From IMG/VR virus record IMGVR_UViG_2651869691_000008: a DNA stretch of 37,385 nt, one strand, 5' to 3'. Position numbers and translations under genes: made by a program. The notes below the pieces were generated by a model, which was not told where the DNA came from, searched no databases, and was given only the letters and a program-made list of their open reading frames with translations. This document shows, piece after piece, positions 27,253 through 35,350 of the stretch (its first letter is position 1; every line of letters begins with the position of its first letter). The DNA is from a virus (Duplodnaviria; Heunggongvirae; Uroviricota; Caudoviricetes).

Positions 27253-28212
27253 TTACTCCTTGTCCATTGCGTACAGCCCATTAACCAGAGCAAACTGTGG
27301 CACCCCGTCCGCGATGAAAGTCGCATTAACTCCGCAGGCTTCGCGGATAGCGGGTGCCACAATCTCCGCCCCGCCACCGACAACCATCACCCGCCCGTAA
27401 CCCGAAAAACCCGCCAGCGCGCGGATCACGCGTTGTTTCAGTGTTTCTTCCTTTTCACGAATAACCGCCATCAGGCTGGCGTAATGCGCGTCATTGTGGA
27501 TGTGCTGGCGCAGCCAGGCTTCATCATGGCGATGTTCGATAATGGTATTGGCGATGTGGTGACTGGTGCGCATACCGTTAGTGGCCATCACCGACAGTAC
27601 GGCATCGGCCATCAGAGAAACGCCTACGTGTGGGTCGCAAAACACCTGGCTGATACCTGCCAGTTGCCCCTGAACCTTTGCCACATCCAGCGTGGTTCCG
27701 CCCAAATCCACAATCAGCAGGGATTCAAACGGACTCATGTCAGCCAGTGCCTTAAAGCCAGCCGGAATGGATTCAGGCATAACCCGCACGTTACGGATAG
27801 TGAATGCTTCGCCGTTCTGGTACTCCACCGGGCGCATAACGTTCGCTTTTTTGCGGTTGATGTTGGGCATGTCCGGCTGTGCGTTTGTGTCGAAATATTC
27901 GCTCAGTGGCAGGGTGACAACCACATCCACTTCCTGTGGTGTGATGCCTGATTTGACCAGCGCGTGATGAATGGCAATGACATTCACATCGCTGTACTGG
28001 TATTGCGTGTCGGTCGTCTGGACAAAGCGATCGCTGACCGGATCAAAACCATAGCGCACGCCATCAAGCATGTAGTTCGCGGGCTGCGTGCCACCGAACG
28101 GCGCAGACCATTCCGACTTGAAGCTGTTCGGGCTGATGGCGTTGCGGCGTTCGCCGTTCTCAGTCCATGCCAGCTTGATGTTGGTGGAGCCGTCATCGAT
28201 ACAAATTTTCAT
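27253..28212 (-). CDS. ParM/StbA-family actin-like ATPase
   Basis: MKICIDDGSTNIKLAW...ISPNSF...YSDVNVIAIHHAL...MPESIPAG...LIVDLGGTTLDV...VMVVGGGAEI; strong resemblance to plasmid R1 ParM throughout. Confidence 0.85.
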   Translation of the reverse strand: MKICIDDGSTNIKLAWTENGERRNAISPNSFKSEWSAPFGGTQPANYMLDGVRYGFDPVSDRFVQTTDTQYQYSDVNVIAIHHALVKSGITPQEVDVVVTLPLSEYFDTNAQPDMPNINRKKANVMRPVEYQNGEAFTIRNVRVMPESIPAGFKALADMSPFESLLIVDLGGTTLDVAKVQGQLAGISQVFCDPHVGVSLMADAVLSVMATNGMRTSHHIANTIIEHRHDEAWLRQHIHNDAHYASLMAVIREKEETLKQRVIRALAGFSGYGRVMVVGGGAEIVAPAIREACGVNATFIADGVPQFALVNGLYAMDKE

Positions 28213-28246
28213 GTCGCTTTTCCTTATGTTGATTAATTAATCGTTT

Positions 28247-28339
28247 ACGGGATTCTGAAATCCCGTTTTTGCCTGTTTTATGCGCGCTTCATATATCGCG
28301 GCGCGTTTTTTGCTCATTTACGGGATTTGTGAATCCCGT
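28247..28339. repeat. two ~39-bp direct repeats each containing an 8-bp-arm palindrome (ACGGGATT-N4-AATCCCGT), 73 bp apart
   Basis: palindromes at 28247-28266 and 28320-28339; one in the A/parM intergenic region, one inside the last codons of A; candidate operator or centromere-like sites. Confidence 0.6.
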
Positions 28340-31111
28340 TTCTGTCTGTTTTTTGTTTCCACTGGTCAGGCCACCCCGCAGCAGGTCTGCTTTGCGGTGG
28401 GCGCGTTCAGTGGTTTCACTGATTCTCTGTGCGTGCTCTGCGTCGCGGATGGCGCGCAGCATGTCAGAAAGCACGGTAACGGGTGTTTTCATGGTGTTCT
28501 GGTCTTGCTGAAGTGTGGATGCCAGGCGTGCGGCGGCTTCGGGGTCTGATGCCCCCAGCTGTTCCAGATAGCTGGCGACCGGGTTATGGCGGATCTCCGT
28601 GCTGCTTACGCCGTGGTTACGGCTCAGGCGCTGCCAGAGCTGCGTGATCCGGCTGTCCGGTCGGGTATCCGGTTTGCGTACAATTTCAAATCCCTGCGGT
28701 GCAATGATGCTGCCGTCAACGTACAGACTGCCGCCCCGTAACAGGTGCTGCATCTGCTGTTCACCGATATGCAGGCCGAGAGATTCAGCAGACTCCCGCC
28801 ATTCTTTAGCGAGTAATTCGTGGTTATCAGGCAAAGGCCGCTGCTGTTTGCGGCTCTGTGTCCAGCTCTGCATTTCATCACGGCTGTTTTTTGCCTGTTT
28901 GTCACGAAGCGAACGCATCAGCGCCCGGCGTTCGTGCCGTTTCAGTGAGCGCATCCATTCGTTCACTTCAACGCCGTCAGGGAGCTGCGGCCACGGTGCT
29001 GGCCGTTCTTCCGGCTGTTCTGTCCCGTTGTTGTCTGTTTCCTGTACACGGGGACAGTTATTGCCACGAGTCCAAGGGGCGGCAGGGCCGCCCTGAAGGT
29101 CAAAACCATTTTCGCGGGCGCTGTCTTCCGCTTCCGGTTTGCGTCTTACCAGCTTCCAGTTATCCGGATGCGTGCACACACGGGAGGATTCCCCGATGAG
29201 TGGTGACCAGATCCCGTAAATCTGTACGCTCTGTTCGCCGTAATCGTTCAGCTCATCGGCGAGGTCGTAGGCGGTGCGAATCAGGTAGTCTTTGCGTGGA
29301 ACAAGTACGCCGCCCTGTTTCTCAATGTAGGTGGCAAAACATCCGGCATCAGCGGCAGCAAGAACCGCATCCATTGCGTCATCCTTCAGCCGTTGCGGGC
29401 CTTCCGGGTTGCGTGCCATCTGGCTGGCAAGGCGACGCAGTTCACGCCACACCTGACGGGAGGGGATGCCAAAGAACTGGAACTGGCGGACCCGGTGAAG
29501 GCGCGCCCAGCCAATGGCGCGTTCCACGCTCTCGGTCATTGATTTTCCGGTTTCGTGGTCAACGCGTGGTTTGCCTGTTTTCGGGTCGATGCCATCCACG
29601 GCGCGGCTGTCCAGGTTTTTTCCGATGTAGGTGGCGATGTAGCTGGTTGGCGTGCCTTTTGAGCCGTCGACATACTCCGCCTTAAAGCGCGGAGTAATAT
29701 CATCGCCCAGCTCGTGACGATCTTCCTGAATGGCAATATCGCGGGTGTGGGACACAATGGTGTCGATTTCTTCCGGATGAGCAAAGACCATCATATGCCA
29801 GTGCACGGTGCCGTCATGGTGAGGCTCCACCGTGCGGATGCCATACCAGCGCAGGCCGTCGCGGTTCAGTTTCTTGCGGACCGCCGCAAAAAACGTGTTA
29901 ACCAGGTAATCGCTGGAGTCGCGCATGGTGGCCCCGTTCCATTTGGGATTCGGATGACCGTTCTCTGTTGTAGCGTGGTATTTTGACGGGCAGGTGACAG
30001 TCAGAAACACCGCTTTGTCGCCACGGGCTTCGGCCAGAAGTTCCAGCCCCTTCATGGTGGCCATCATTTCTGCCTTACGGTGAACCGGGTTACTTACTCC
30101 CGCGTAATACACTGTCTTGAGATCAATCGTGAACCCGTCTTCGTTTTCCAGCATGAAACTTTTCAGGAAATCGCGTGTTTTCTCGCGCTGTGCGCGAAAC
30201 TCGCTTAACGCGTCCTGGCTCAGATAGGGCGATGTTTTTCTGGAAACCAGACAGGCGGCGCGGAGTTGTTCTTCTCTCCACTCGCAACGTAACAGCCACA
30301 GTTTGCGTTTCCACCATTCCGCACAGGTCAGGCGAAGGATTGCGCCCGGCAGCAGCTCCGTGTCCGGTTCGTTCCTCCGGTCTTTGTCTGTTGTCAGTGC
30401 GTCATAATGTGGAGGCATGGCGTGCAGGTGTAACGCCATGCGGGCCAGCATCTGATACGCCTTCAGCGTTACATCCATGGTCAGTTCGCCATCGGTCGCG
30501 CCAAAGCCATCGCAGAGTTTTTCGAAGGTGCTGCTGAACATCGCCGCCGTCATGGTGGCCAGCGTCTGTATCTGGTGTTTGTTGAGCTGCGGCAGGTAAA
30601 GCAAATCGTCCAGGCGTTCGCGTCCGGCAAGGGAGCGATAACCCTGTGTCAGCCAGCGGTGATCGGTGCGCTCCAGACGTTCGAATATTTTGCGCAGGTT
30701 TCCGCGCGCGTAGCGTTCAGCCTGCCAGCTCTTTTTGCCTTTCTGACGATCGGCTTCCTGTTTTTTGCGCAGGAAGGAGAGGTGGCGAATAAGCGGATCG
30801 CGCAGATAGGACGGCAGCAGGCGCAGCGAGGCCATGGCTTCATCCACCGCACCGCGTGCCTGTTTTCTGGCGTCTCCTGCCAGTGTGATGGTTTTGTCCT
30901 GTTTTTCCTGTGCGTCCAGGCTTTTATTAATCAGGTTGCCCAGCGGCGTTGCGGAGAACGCCGCATCAGCCATTTCCTGGCGGCGCTCGTTCTCTACCCG
31001 GTAGGCATCCAGCCAGGAGGAAAGCGCGGATTCAGGAGCGGGGATCCCCGTTCCTTCACGCCCCACTGCGTGGCGCGGTTGTTGCCAGTCCCTGATGTAC
31101 TCTGCCGTCAT
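28289..31111 (-). CDS. rolling-circle replication initiation protein (P2 gpA-like)
   Basis: 940 aa; DGTVHWHMMVF and YIATYIGKN motifs of the phiX174 A / P2 A family; longer than I expect for P2 A. Confidence 0.9.
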   Translation of the reverse strand: MTAEYIRDWQQPRHAVGREGTGIPAPESALSSWLDAYRVENERRQEMADAAFSATPLGNLINKSLDAQEKQDKTITLAGDARKQARGAVDEAMASLRLLPSYLRDPLIRHLSFLRKKQEADRQKGKKSWQAERYARGNLRKIFERLERTDHRWLTQGYRSLAGRERLDDLLYLPQLNKHQIQTLATMTAAMFSSTFEKLCDGFGATDGELTMDVTLKAYQMLARMALHLHAMPPHYDALTTDKDRRNEPDTELLPGAILRLTCAEWWKRKLWLLRCEWREEQLRAACLVSRKTSPYLSQDALSEFRAQREKTRDFLKSFMLENEDGFTIDLKTVYYAGVSNPVHRKAEMMATMKGLELLAEARGDKAVFLTVTCPSKYHATTENGHPNPKWNGATMRDSSDYLVNTFFAAVRKKLNRDGLRWYGIRTVEPHHDGTVHWHMMVFAHPEEIDTIVSHTRDIAIQEDRHELGDDITPRFKAEYVDGSKGTPTSYIATYIGKNLDSRAVDGIDPKTGKPRVDHETGKSMTESVERAIGWARLHRVRQFQFFGIPSRQVWRELRRLASQMARNPEGPQRLKDDAMDAVLAAADAGCFATYIEKQGGVLVPRKDYLIRTAYDLADELNDYGEQSVQIYGIWSPLIGESSRVCTHPDNWKLVRRKPEAEDSARENGFDLQGGPAAPWTRGNNCPRVQETDNNGTEQPEERPAPWPQLPDGVEVNEWMRSLKRHERRALMRSLRDKQAKNSRDEMQSWTQSRKQQRPLPDNHELLAKEWRESAESLGLHIGEQQMQHLLRGGSLYVDGSIIAPQGFEIVRKPDTRPDSRITQLWQRLSRNHGVSSTEIRHNPVASYLEQLGASDPEAAARLASTLQQDQNTMKTPVTVLSDMLRAIRDAEHAQRISETTERAHRKADLLRGGLTSGNKKQTETGFTNPVNEQKTRRDI

Positions 31112-31117
31112 AGTGAT

Positions 31118-31483
31118 TTACTTCGTCATGCCATTCAGGGTGTCGCGGCAGGCTGTAGCCAGCCGCTGAATTTCCAGCACGGTGTCTTCTGTGTCGGCAT
31201 GGCGATGTGTGATGCGGATGCTGTCGGCAATCACATCGACGATTGCAGAGGATGGGCGCTGGTAAATGCCAATAACGGACGGGGTGCCACCTTCAATGCG
31301 GTAAAGCCTGTAATTTCCCTCGTGGCTGTCAATCATGTAGCGACCATCAATAACAATCTTTCCGTCAGCGAGCTGCGGTACAGGCAGGGATTTCTGGTAC
31401 ATGTCATAACGATCACGCACGCGAGCGGCAAGATCACGTTCTGTGTTGAGCAGGTATTCAAGAAAGTCGTTGGCGAGAATCAT
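31118..31483 (-). CDS. hypothetical early-operon protein
   Basis: 121-aa ORF immediately upstream of A in the same orientation. Confidence 0.5.
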   Translation of the reverse strand: MILANDFLEYLLNTERDLAARVRDRYDMYQKSLPVPQLADGKIVIDGRYMIDSHEGNYRLYRIEGGTPSVIGIYQRPSSAIVDVIADSIRITHRHADTEDTVLEIQRLATACRDTLNGMTK

Positions 31484-31555
31484 TGCGGCAATCCTCTTGT
31501 TACAGATGTGCGAAGGCCTCCCGCCGCAAGGTGCAGGAAAGGCCCGGAACAGGAA

Positions 31556-31786
31556 TTAATGGAGTTTGTTTTGCTGCTGGATGAGCTGTTGAAGCTCGTG
31601 CAGATCATCCGCCAGATAGCTGAAAACAGAGGCGGAATAAATGTTTGATAGTGCGTGGCTGCGCTCATGCAGCATATTGATGTGCATGATTTGCGCGACG
31701 CGTGATGCGCGGGAAAGTCTGCGGTTGATTTCAGTCTGGATGTGACGACGCTCCGCGATAGCGCGGTGTGGTTTGCGGTTTGCCAT
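31556..31786 (-). CDS. hypothetical early-operon protein (basic, 76 aa)
   Basis: ORF with plausible coding composition; no recognisable family. Confidence 0.4.
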   Translation of the reverse strand: MANRKPHRAIAERRHIQTEINRRLSRASRVAQIMHINMLHERSHALSNIYSASVFSYLADDLHELQQLIQQQNKLH

Positions 31787-32108
31787 GGTGTGGCCCCTTG
31801 TGTAGTAAGTTGTGAAAACTCACCATCCAGAGCTGCGAAACTGTGGGTGGCGAGACGTACGAGGTTCGCAGTACCGGCTACACAAGAACCCGGCCCGACC
31901 GAAGTCGGCCCCGTACGCCCCGCCATAATTCTGACGCGAAAAAAACGTGGCAATACAGTACGCACAAAAAAACCGCTGGCGCGGTTGTGCGCTTGTGTAG
32001 TCAGCAGGCTGCGAAACCCGACACCCGTTTTGTGAGGTGCAGCGGAAATGTAACCTGACTGATTGCGGCATGGCAAGCGGTTTTTTTGTGTGTGCATGTT
32101 CTGGTTTC

Positions 32109-32408
32109 TTACTGGTTCAGAAAAAAATCAAAAACCTTGTCAATGCGTTGCAGCAGCTCTTGCTGTATTGCTTCCGGTGTTTCCGGTTCGCCTGGCGCCT
32201 TCAACGTCGCGCAGAAATCAGCGATTTCATGATGGAGCGTCAGGCGAATGGCAGGAGCCGTGGTTCTGGCGTGCTCCAGCTCATCCAGCAGTGCCAGCAC
32301 GGCAGACGGCGAGAGCATTGCGCGAAATGCCAGTAATTTTTGAGGCGTTGCCATTCGTTGCAGGGCAAATGCCAGTTCGCGTAGCTTCTGGTGGTTGATG
32401 GTGCTCAT
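32109..32408 (-). CDS. hypothetical early-operon protein
   Basis: 99-aa ORF; stop overlaps the start of the next gene. Confidence 0.5.
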   Translation of the reverse strand: MSTINHQKLRELAFALQRMATPQKLLAFRAMLSPSAVLALLDELEHARTTAPAIRLTLHHEIADFCATLKAPGEPETPEAIQQELLQRIDKVFDFFLNQ

Positions 32409-32671
32409 GTTCTGGCTTCCTTCAGTAGCTGGTTAAACATGTGAGTAAGTGGATTGCTACACCCGAACGGCATCGGGTTTACGTGGTAAGAAGCCTGGCC
32501 TCCAGTTTTGCGAGCGCGACCACCTGTGCTGCGGTTTGTTCTGATGACTAAGCCGCTGCGCCAAAGTCGGCGTAACTCAGCATTAATAGCTGTGGTTGGG
32601 GTGTTCAGTGCTGCGGCGATTTCTCCGCCGCTACAACCCGGATGTGTAGTGATGTAGTCCAGAATGGTCAT
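32405..32671 (-). CDS. probable winged-helix DNA-binding protein
   Basis: 88 aa; ...SGGEIAAALNTPTTAINAELRRLWRSGLV... helix-turn-helix-like segment. Confidence 0.45.
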   Translation of the reverse strand: MTILDYITTHPGCSGGEIAAALNTPTTAINAELRRLWRSGLVIRTNRSTGGRARKTGGQASYHVNPMPFGCSNPLTHMFNQLLKEART

Positions 32672-32871
32672 TTGCGTGGCTCCTGTACCTGTCGGATAAG
32701 ATTCACCCGCGCCACGTTGGTGGCGCAGAAGTAAGTGCCGTCAGTGAGGTAGATGTGGTGTGCATCCTTTTCCGAACGATGTTTGTCGATAGTGGTAATC
32801 AGGCGTTCGTCGACCTCGTATTCGCGCCCTCTGGAGGTAAAGCGAATGATGGGAAAATGCTTAATTGCCAT
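32668..32871 (-). CDS. hypothetical early-operon protein
   Basis: 67-aa ORF, overlapping-stop arrangement with neighbours. Confidence 0.4.
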   Translation of the reverse strand: MAIKHFPIIRFTSRGREYEVDERLITTIDKHRSEKDAHHIYLTDGTYFCATNVARVNLIRQVQEPRK

Positions 32872-32894
32872 TGCGCCCCCTTTGTCCAGTAACC

Positions 32895-33311
32895 CTATGC
32901 GTGAAATACGGCACGTTGCGTGTCATCAATGAATACAGCTTGAGAGCGTTCTATCAGGCGGAGATTTGTCAGAAGCTCTGACTCTTTTGTGTGGTAAGGC
33001 GTTATCAGGTAGTTGCCGTGCAGTTCGGCAATAATGGTGTATTGCGTCATTATTGCCGAACCAAGAATGTAAATGCGGCGTCCAATGCTGGACGGATTCA
33101 TGGCTGCAACTGTTGACTGTGTTTTAAGAGTGTCGATTTCTTTGCCCTGTTCCTCAATAATTTTGGCTGCTTCAGAGGTGGCTATTGCGATGGTCAGTGC
33201 GTAAAGCGCTGCCATATGTTGATTATCTTTCTGGGCTGCCCTGGACAGCTTGTCTTGCTCTGCTGACACTATTTTTAATGTATTGATAATATTTTTTTCT
33301 TTTGCGTTCAT
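32895..33311 (-). CDS. hypothetical protein (AT-rich)
   Basis: 138-aa ORF in an AT-rich segment. Confidence 0.45.
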   Translation of the reverse strand: MNAKEKNIINTLKIVSAEQDKLSRAAQKDNQHMAALYALTIAIATSEAAKIIEEQGKEIDTLKTQSTVAAMNPSSIGRRIYILGSAIMTQYTIIAELHGNYLITPYHTKESELLTNLRLIERSQAVFIDDTQRAVFHA

Positions 33312-33403
33312 TTTATATCTCCGTTATTTACGTGTGCGAATACCTCCGCGAATGCGGATAGTTTTCAGGTTTTCGGGTTTAATCTGGTGTTTTGTTTAAG
33401 CTA

Positions 33404-33517
33404 TTATTTGTCAGTGAAAAAGCGTTCAATCTTTTTTACTGAATGAATAATTCGCATAATCCCAATGGCGCAGGCCACCGAAATAATCAGAACAAGCCAT
33501 GAGATAAATATACTCAT
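33404..33517 (-). CDS. 37-aa hydrophobic peptide (single predicted TM helix, basic C-terminus)
   Basis: MSIFISWLVLIISVACAIGIMRIIHSVKKIERFFTDK; ATG overlaps the stop of the upstream 80-aa ORF (ATGA); GGGGAA RBS; not in the ORF track because <60 aa. Confidence 0.35.
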   Translation of the reverse strand: MSIFISWLVLIISVACAIGIMRIIHSVKKIERFFTDK

Positions 33518-33756
33518 GCGATATTCCCCAGCTTATACGGTTCAATGTGTTCCCCGCATTCTGCGGCACAGATCAGCTCGGAAAGTTCGTTCAGTGCATC
33601 CAGATCATCAGCGTAAAAAGCAACGTCATACAAACTCCGGATTGCCCTGGTCAATGAGTCACGGGCTGCATGTTCAGCATGAGCGCCTGATGCACTTAAG
33701 CGAAAATAAAATCGTTCAAGTGCTTTGTTAATGAGAGTTTTATATTCTTTGCCCAT
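33514..33756 (-). CDS. hypothetical early-operon protein
   Basis: 80-aa ORF. Confidence 0.45.
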   Translation of the reverse strand: MGKEYKTLINKALERFYFRLSASGAHAEHAARDSLTRAIRSLYDVAFYADDLDALNELSELICAAECGEHIEPYKLGNIA

Positions 33757-33767
33757 CGCAACGCCCT

Positions 33768-34046
33768 TTAATCTGCTTTCTGAATTTCAGCTTCTGAATC
33801 CATACAAATAATTTCGATATAGGGTTCATCGCCATTAACCTGACGTGCCTTTTCAGCTTCGCTAATGATTTCTCGTACGGTCTGGTACGGAAGCTCCACA
33901 GTCAGGCGCGTACCGTTCAGATAAACGTAAGTAGCTGCGTTTTTTTCGGATGGAACAACTCCGTCAATGGCTGATGCGCGTAATAACAGTTCACCGCGAA
34001 AATCAATAAAACGGATAAATACACCTTGTGCATGCTCTTTGGTCAT
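33768..34046 (-). CDS. hypothetical early-operon protein
   Basis: start refined to ATG at 34046 (AGGTG RBS) within the 33768-34106 ORF. Confidence 0.45.
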   Translation of the reverse strand: MTKEHAQGVFIRFIDFRGELLLRASAIDGVVPSEKNAATYVYLNGTRLTVELPYQTVREIISEAEKARQVNGDEPYIEIICMDSEAEIQKAD

Positions 34047-34056
34047 AAAGCACCTG

Positions 34057-34407
34057 TTATAAATCAGCCTGTTTAATAAAACTTTGCCCGCGAAGCAGAC
34101 GATCAACCGTGCGAAGTGCTTCGTATAATGTGAAATCCTGCCCGAAGTGATTGTCGCCGCAGTTCAATGCAAAAATGCGGTTTCCGGTAAACGGATTGCG
34201 TGGGCATTTGTGGACCACGATTCCAGCTTTCTCAATCAGCCAGGCATGCTCGCCGATTTGTTTTACAGCGTGGCCATCCGGTGTTGCGTGCGTCTCGTTC
34301 AGGTTATAGCGACTGTTACTACGTGATGCACTGGTAGCGACGTGGTGTACATGGCGTTCTACGCCATTACGAAATTTGGAGTATGGATTATTAGCGTTTT
34401 TTTTCAT
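34057..34407 (-). CDS. hypothetical early-operon protein
   Basis: 116-aa ORF after the Cox-like gene. Confidence 0.5.
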   Translation of the reverse strand: MKKNANNPYSKFRNGVERHVHHVATSASRSNSRYNLNETHATPDGHAVKQIGEHAWLIEKAGIVVHKCPRNPFTGNRIFALNCGDNHFGQDFTLYEALRTVDRLLRGQSFIKQADL

Positions 34408-34428
34408 GATGGTGCTCTGTTCATTGTT

Positions 34429-34632
34429 TTAGCTGTTAGCCAAAGCGTCTTTTAACATCGCCACAAGGTTTACTTCAGGCTTTTCCATTTTGGCGCGTTT
34501 GGGGCGGATAATAATTCGACCGTCAGCCAACATCTTTTTGCATGTATTAAGAGGGATACCTGTTATCTCTGCATATTTCTGCAGGGATACATAGGGGGCA
34601 TTCACATTGATATTGATGGTTATACCTGACAT
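34429..34632 (-). CDS. Cox/excisionase-like HTH DNA-binding protein
   Basis: 67 aa; YVSLQKYAEITGIPLNTCKKMLADGRIII resembles the HTH of P2 Cox / AlpA-type excisionases; AGGAGG RBS. Confidence 0.55.
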   Translation of the reverse strand: MSGITININVNAPYVSLQKYAEITGIPLNTCKKMLADGRIIIRPKRAKMEKPEVNLVAMLKDALANS

Positions 34633-34648
34633 CCCACTAGCCTCCTGA

Positions 34649-34855
34649 TCAGGAAGATTTGTTTTGTTCTTTCTGGGTTAGCTCTAGGCCGCGAAGGAAG
34701 ATCATGCGCGCCATGTTAGAGGATGAGCGTTGTTCTTTAGCTGCCATTTCATCAATGACGGCTCGCTCCTCGAGGGACAGCCGAAGTGCCAGTCTTGGAC
34801 CTGTGGCGGTGTTACGCGGAATGCGTGATCTGGTATCGTGAAGAACTTGTTTCAT
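34649..34855 (-). CDS. putative ribbon-helix-helix regulator, first gene of the early operon
   Basis: PRLALRLSLEERAVIDEMAAKEQRSSSNMARMIFLRG looks like an RHH fold; weak RBS. Confidence 0.4.
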   Translation of the reverse strand: MKQVLHDTRSRIPRNTATGPRLALRLSLEERAVIDEMAAKEQRSSSNMARMIFLRGLELTQKEQNKSS

Positions 34856-34897
34856 AGTGGTATATTGTGATCATCTAATAGCTCGTGAAATCATTTT

Positions 34898-34915
34898 GGT
34901 ATCAAAAAAGATACC
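34898..34915. promoter_or_regulatory. candidate operator palindrome GGTATC-N6-GATACC between divergent repressor and early operon
   Basis: perfect 6-bp inverted repeat 16 bp upstream of the repressor start codon. Confidence 0.35.
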
Positions 34916-34930
34916 TGTCAAGGTTTTTGT

Positions 34931-35335
34931 ATGAAAAATGATATTGGTCAGCGGTTGCGTGAGGAAAGGGAAAGATTGGGACTTAGTCAAGTTGCCATGA
35001 GCGACATTGGTGGAGTCAAAAAGCTAACTCAGCTTAGATATGAGAAAGGAGATAGCTTTCCTGATGCTGCGTATTTGGCAGCGCTGTCTCGTTTTGGCCT
35101 TGATGTTCAGTATGTTGTGTTGGGAATTCACTCACCTGAAACTTATAACGATGATGAGCAGGAGTTGATTACTCGCTTTCGAGCAGCTTCGTTAGATGTG
35201 AAAAACGCGGTGATTGGGGCTTTAAAAGGTGCGATCAGTGAAAAGGAAACTCAGCCATCAGGACGTGAGTTAAATATTTCTGGTGGTAAAAACCGTATCG
35301 CTGGTCGTGACTATAACGAAACTAAGGGTAGGTGA
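34931..35335 (+). CDS. immunity repressor (HTH, XRE/Cro-C1 type; P2 C-like position)
   Basis: N-terminal IGQRLREERERLGLSQVAMSDIGGV helix-turn-helix; divergent from the early operon and co-oriented with int. Confidence 0.75.
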   Translation: MKNDIGQRLREERERLGLSQVAMSDIGGVKKLTQLRYEKGDSFPDAAYLAALSRFGLDVQYVVLGIHSPETYNDDEQELITRFRAASLDVKNAVIGALKGAISEKETQPSGRELNISGGKNRIAGRDYNETKGR

Positions 35336-35350
35336 TAGTAGGGAGGTGAC

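Noticed and set aside
30575-31648. 357-aa plus-strand ORF antisense to replication gene A
   Set aside because: Same reasoning: the minus-strand A gene has diagnostic motifs, while the plus-strand frame has no recognisable features.
31480-32097. 205-aa minus-strand ORF spanning the non-coding island
   Set aside because: Low-complexity, Ser/Thr/Arg-rich translation with no protein-like character; it overlaps a better 76-aa ORF and the repeat/hairpin elements, so it is more likely non-coding.
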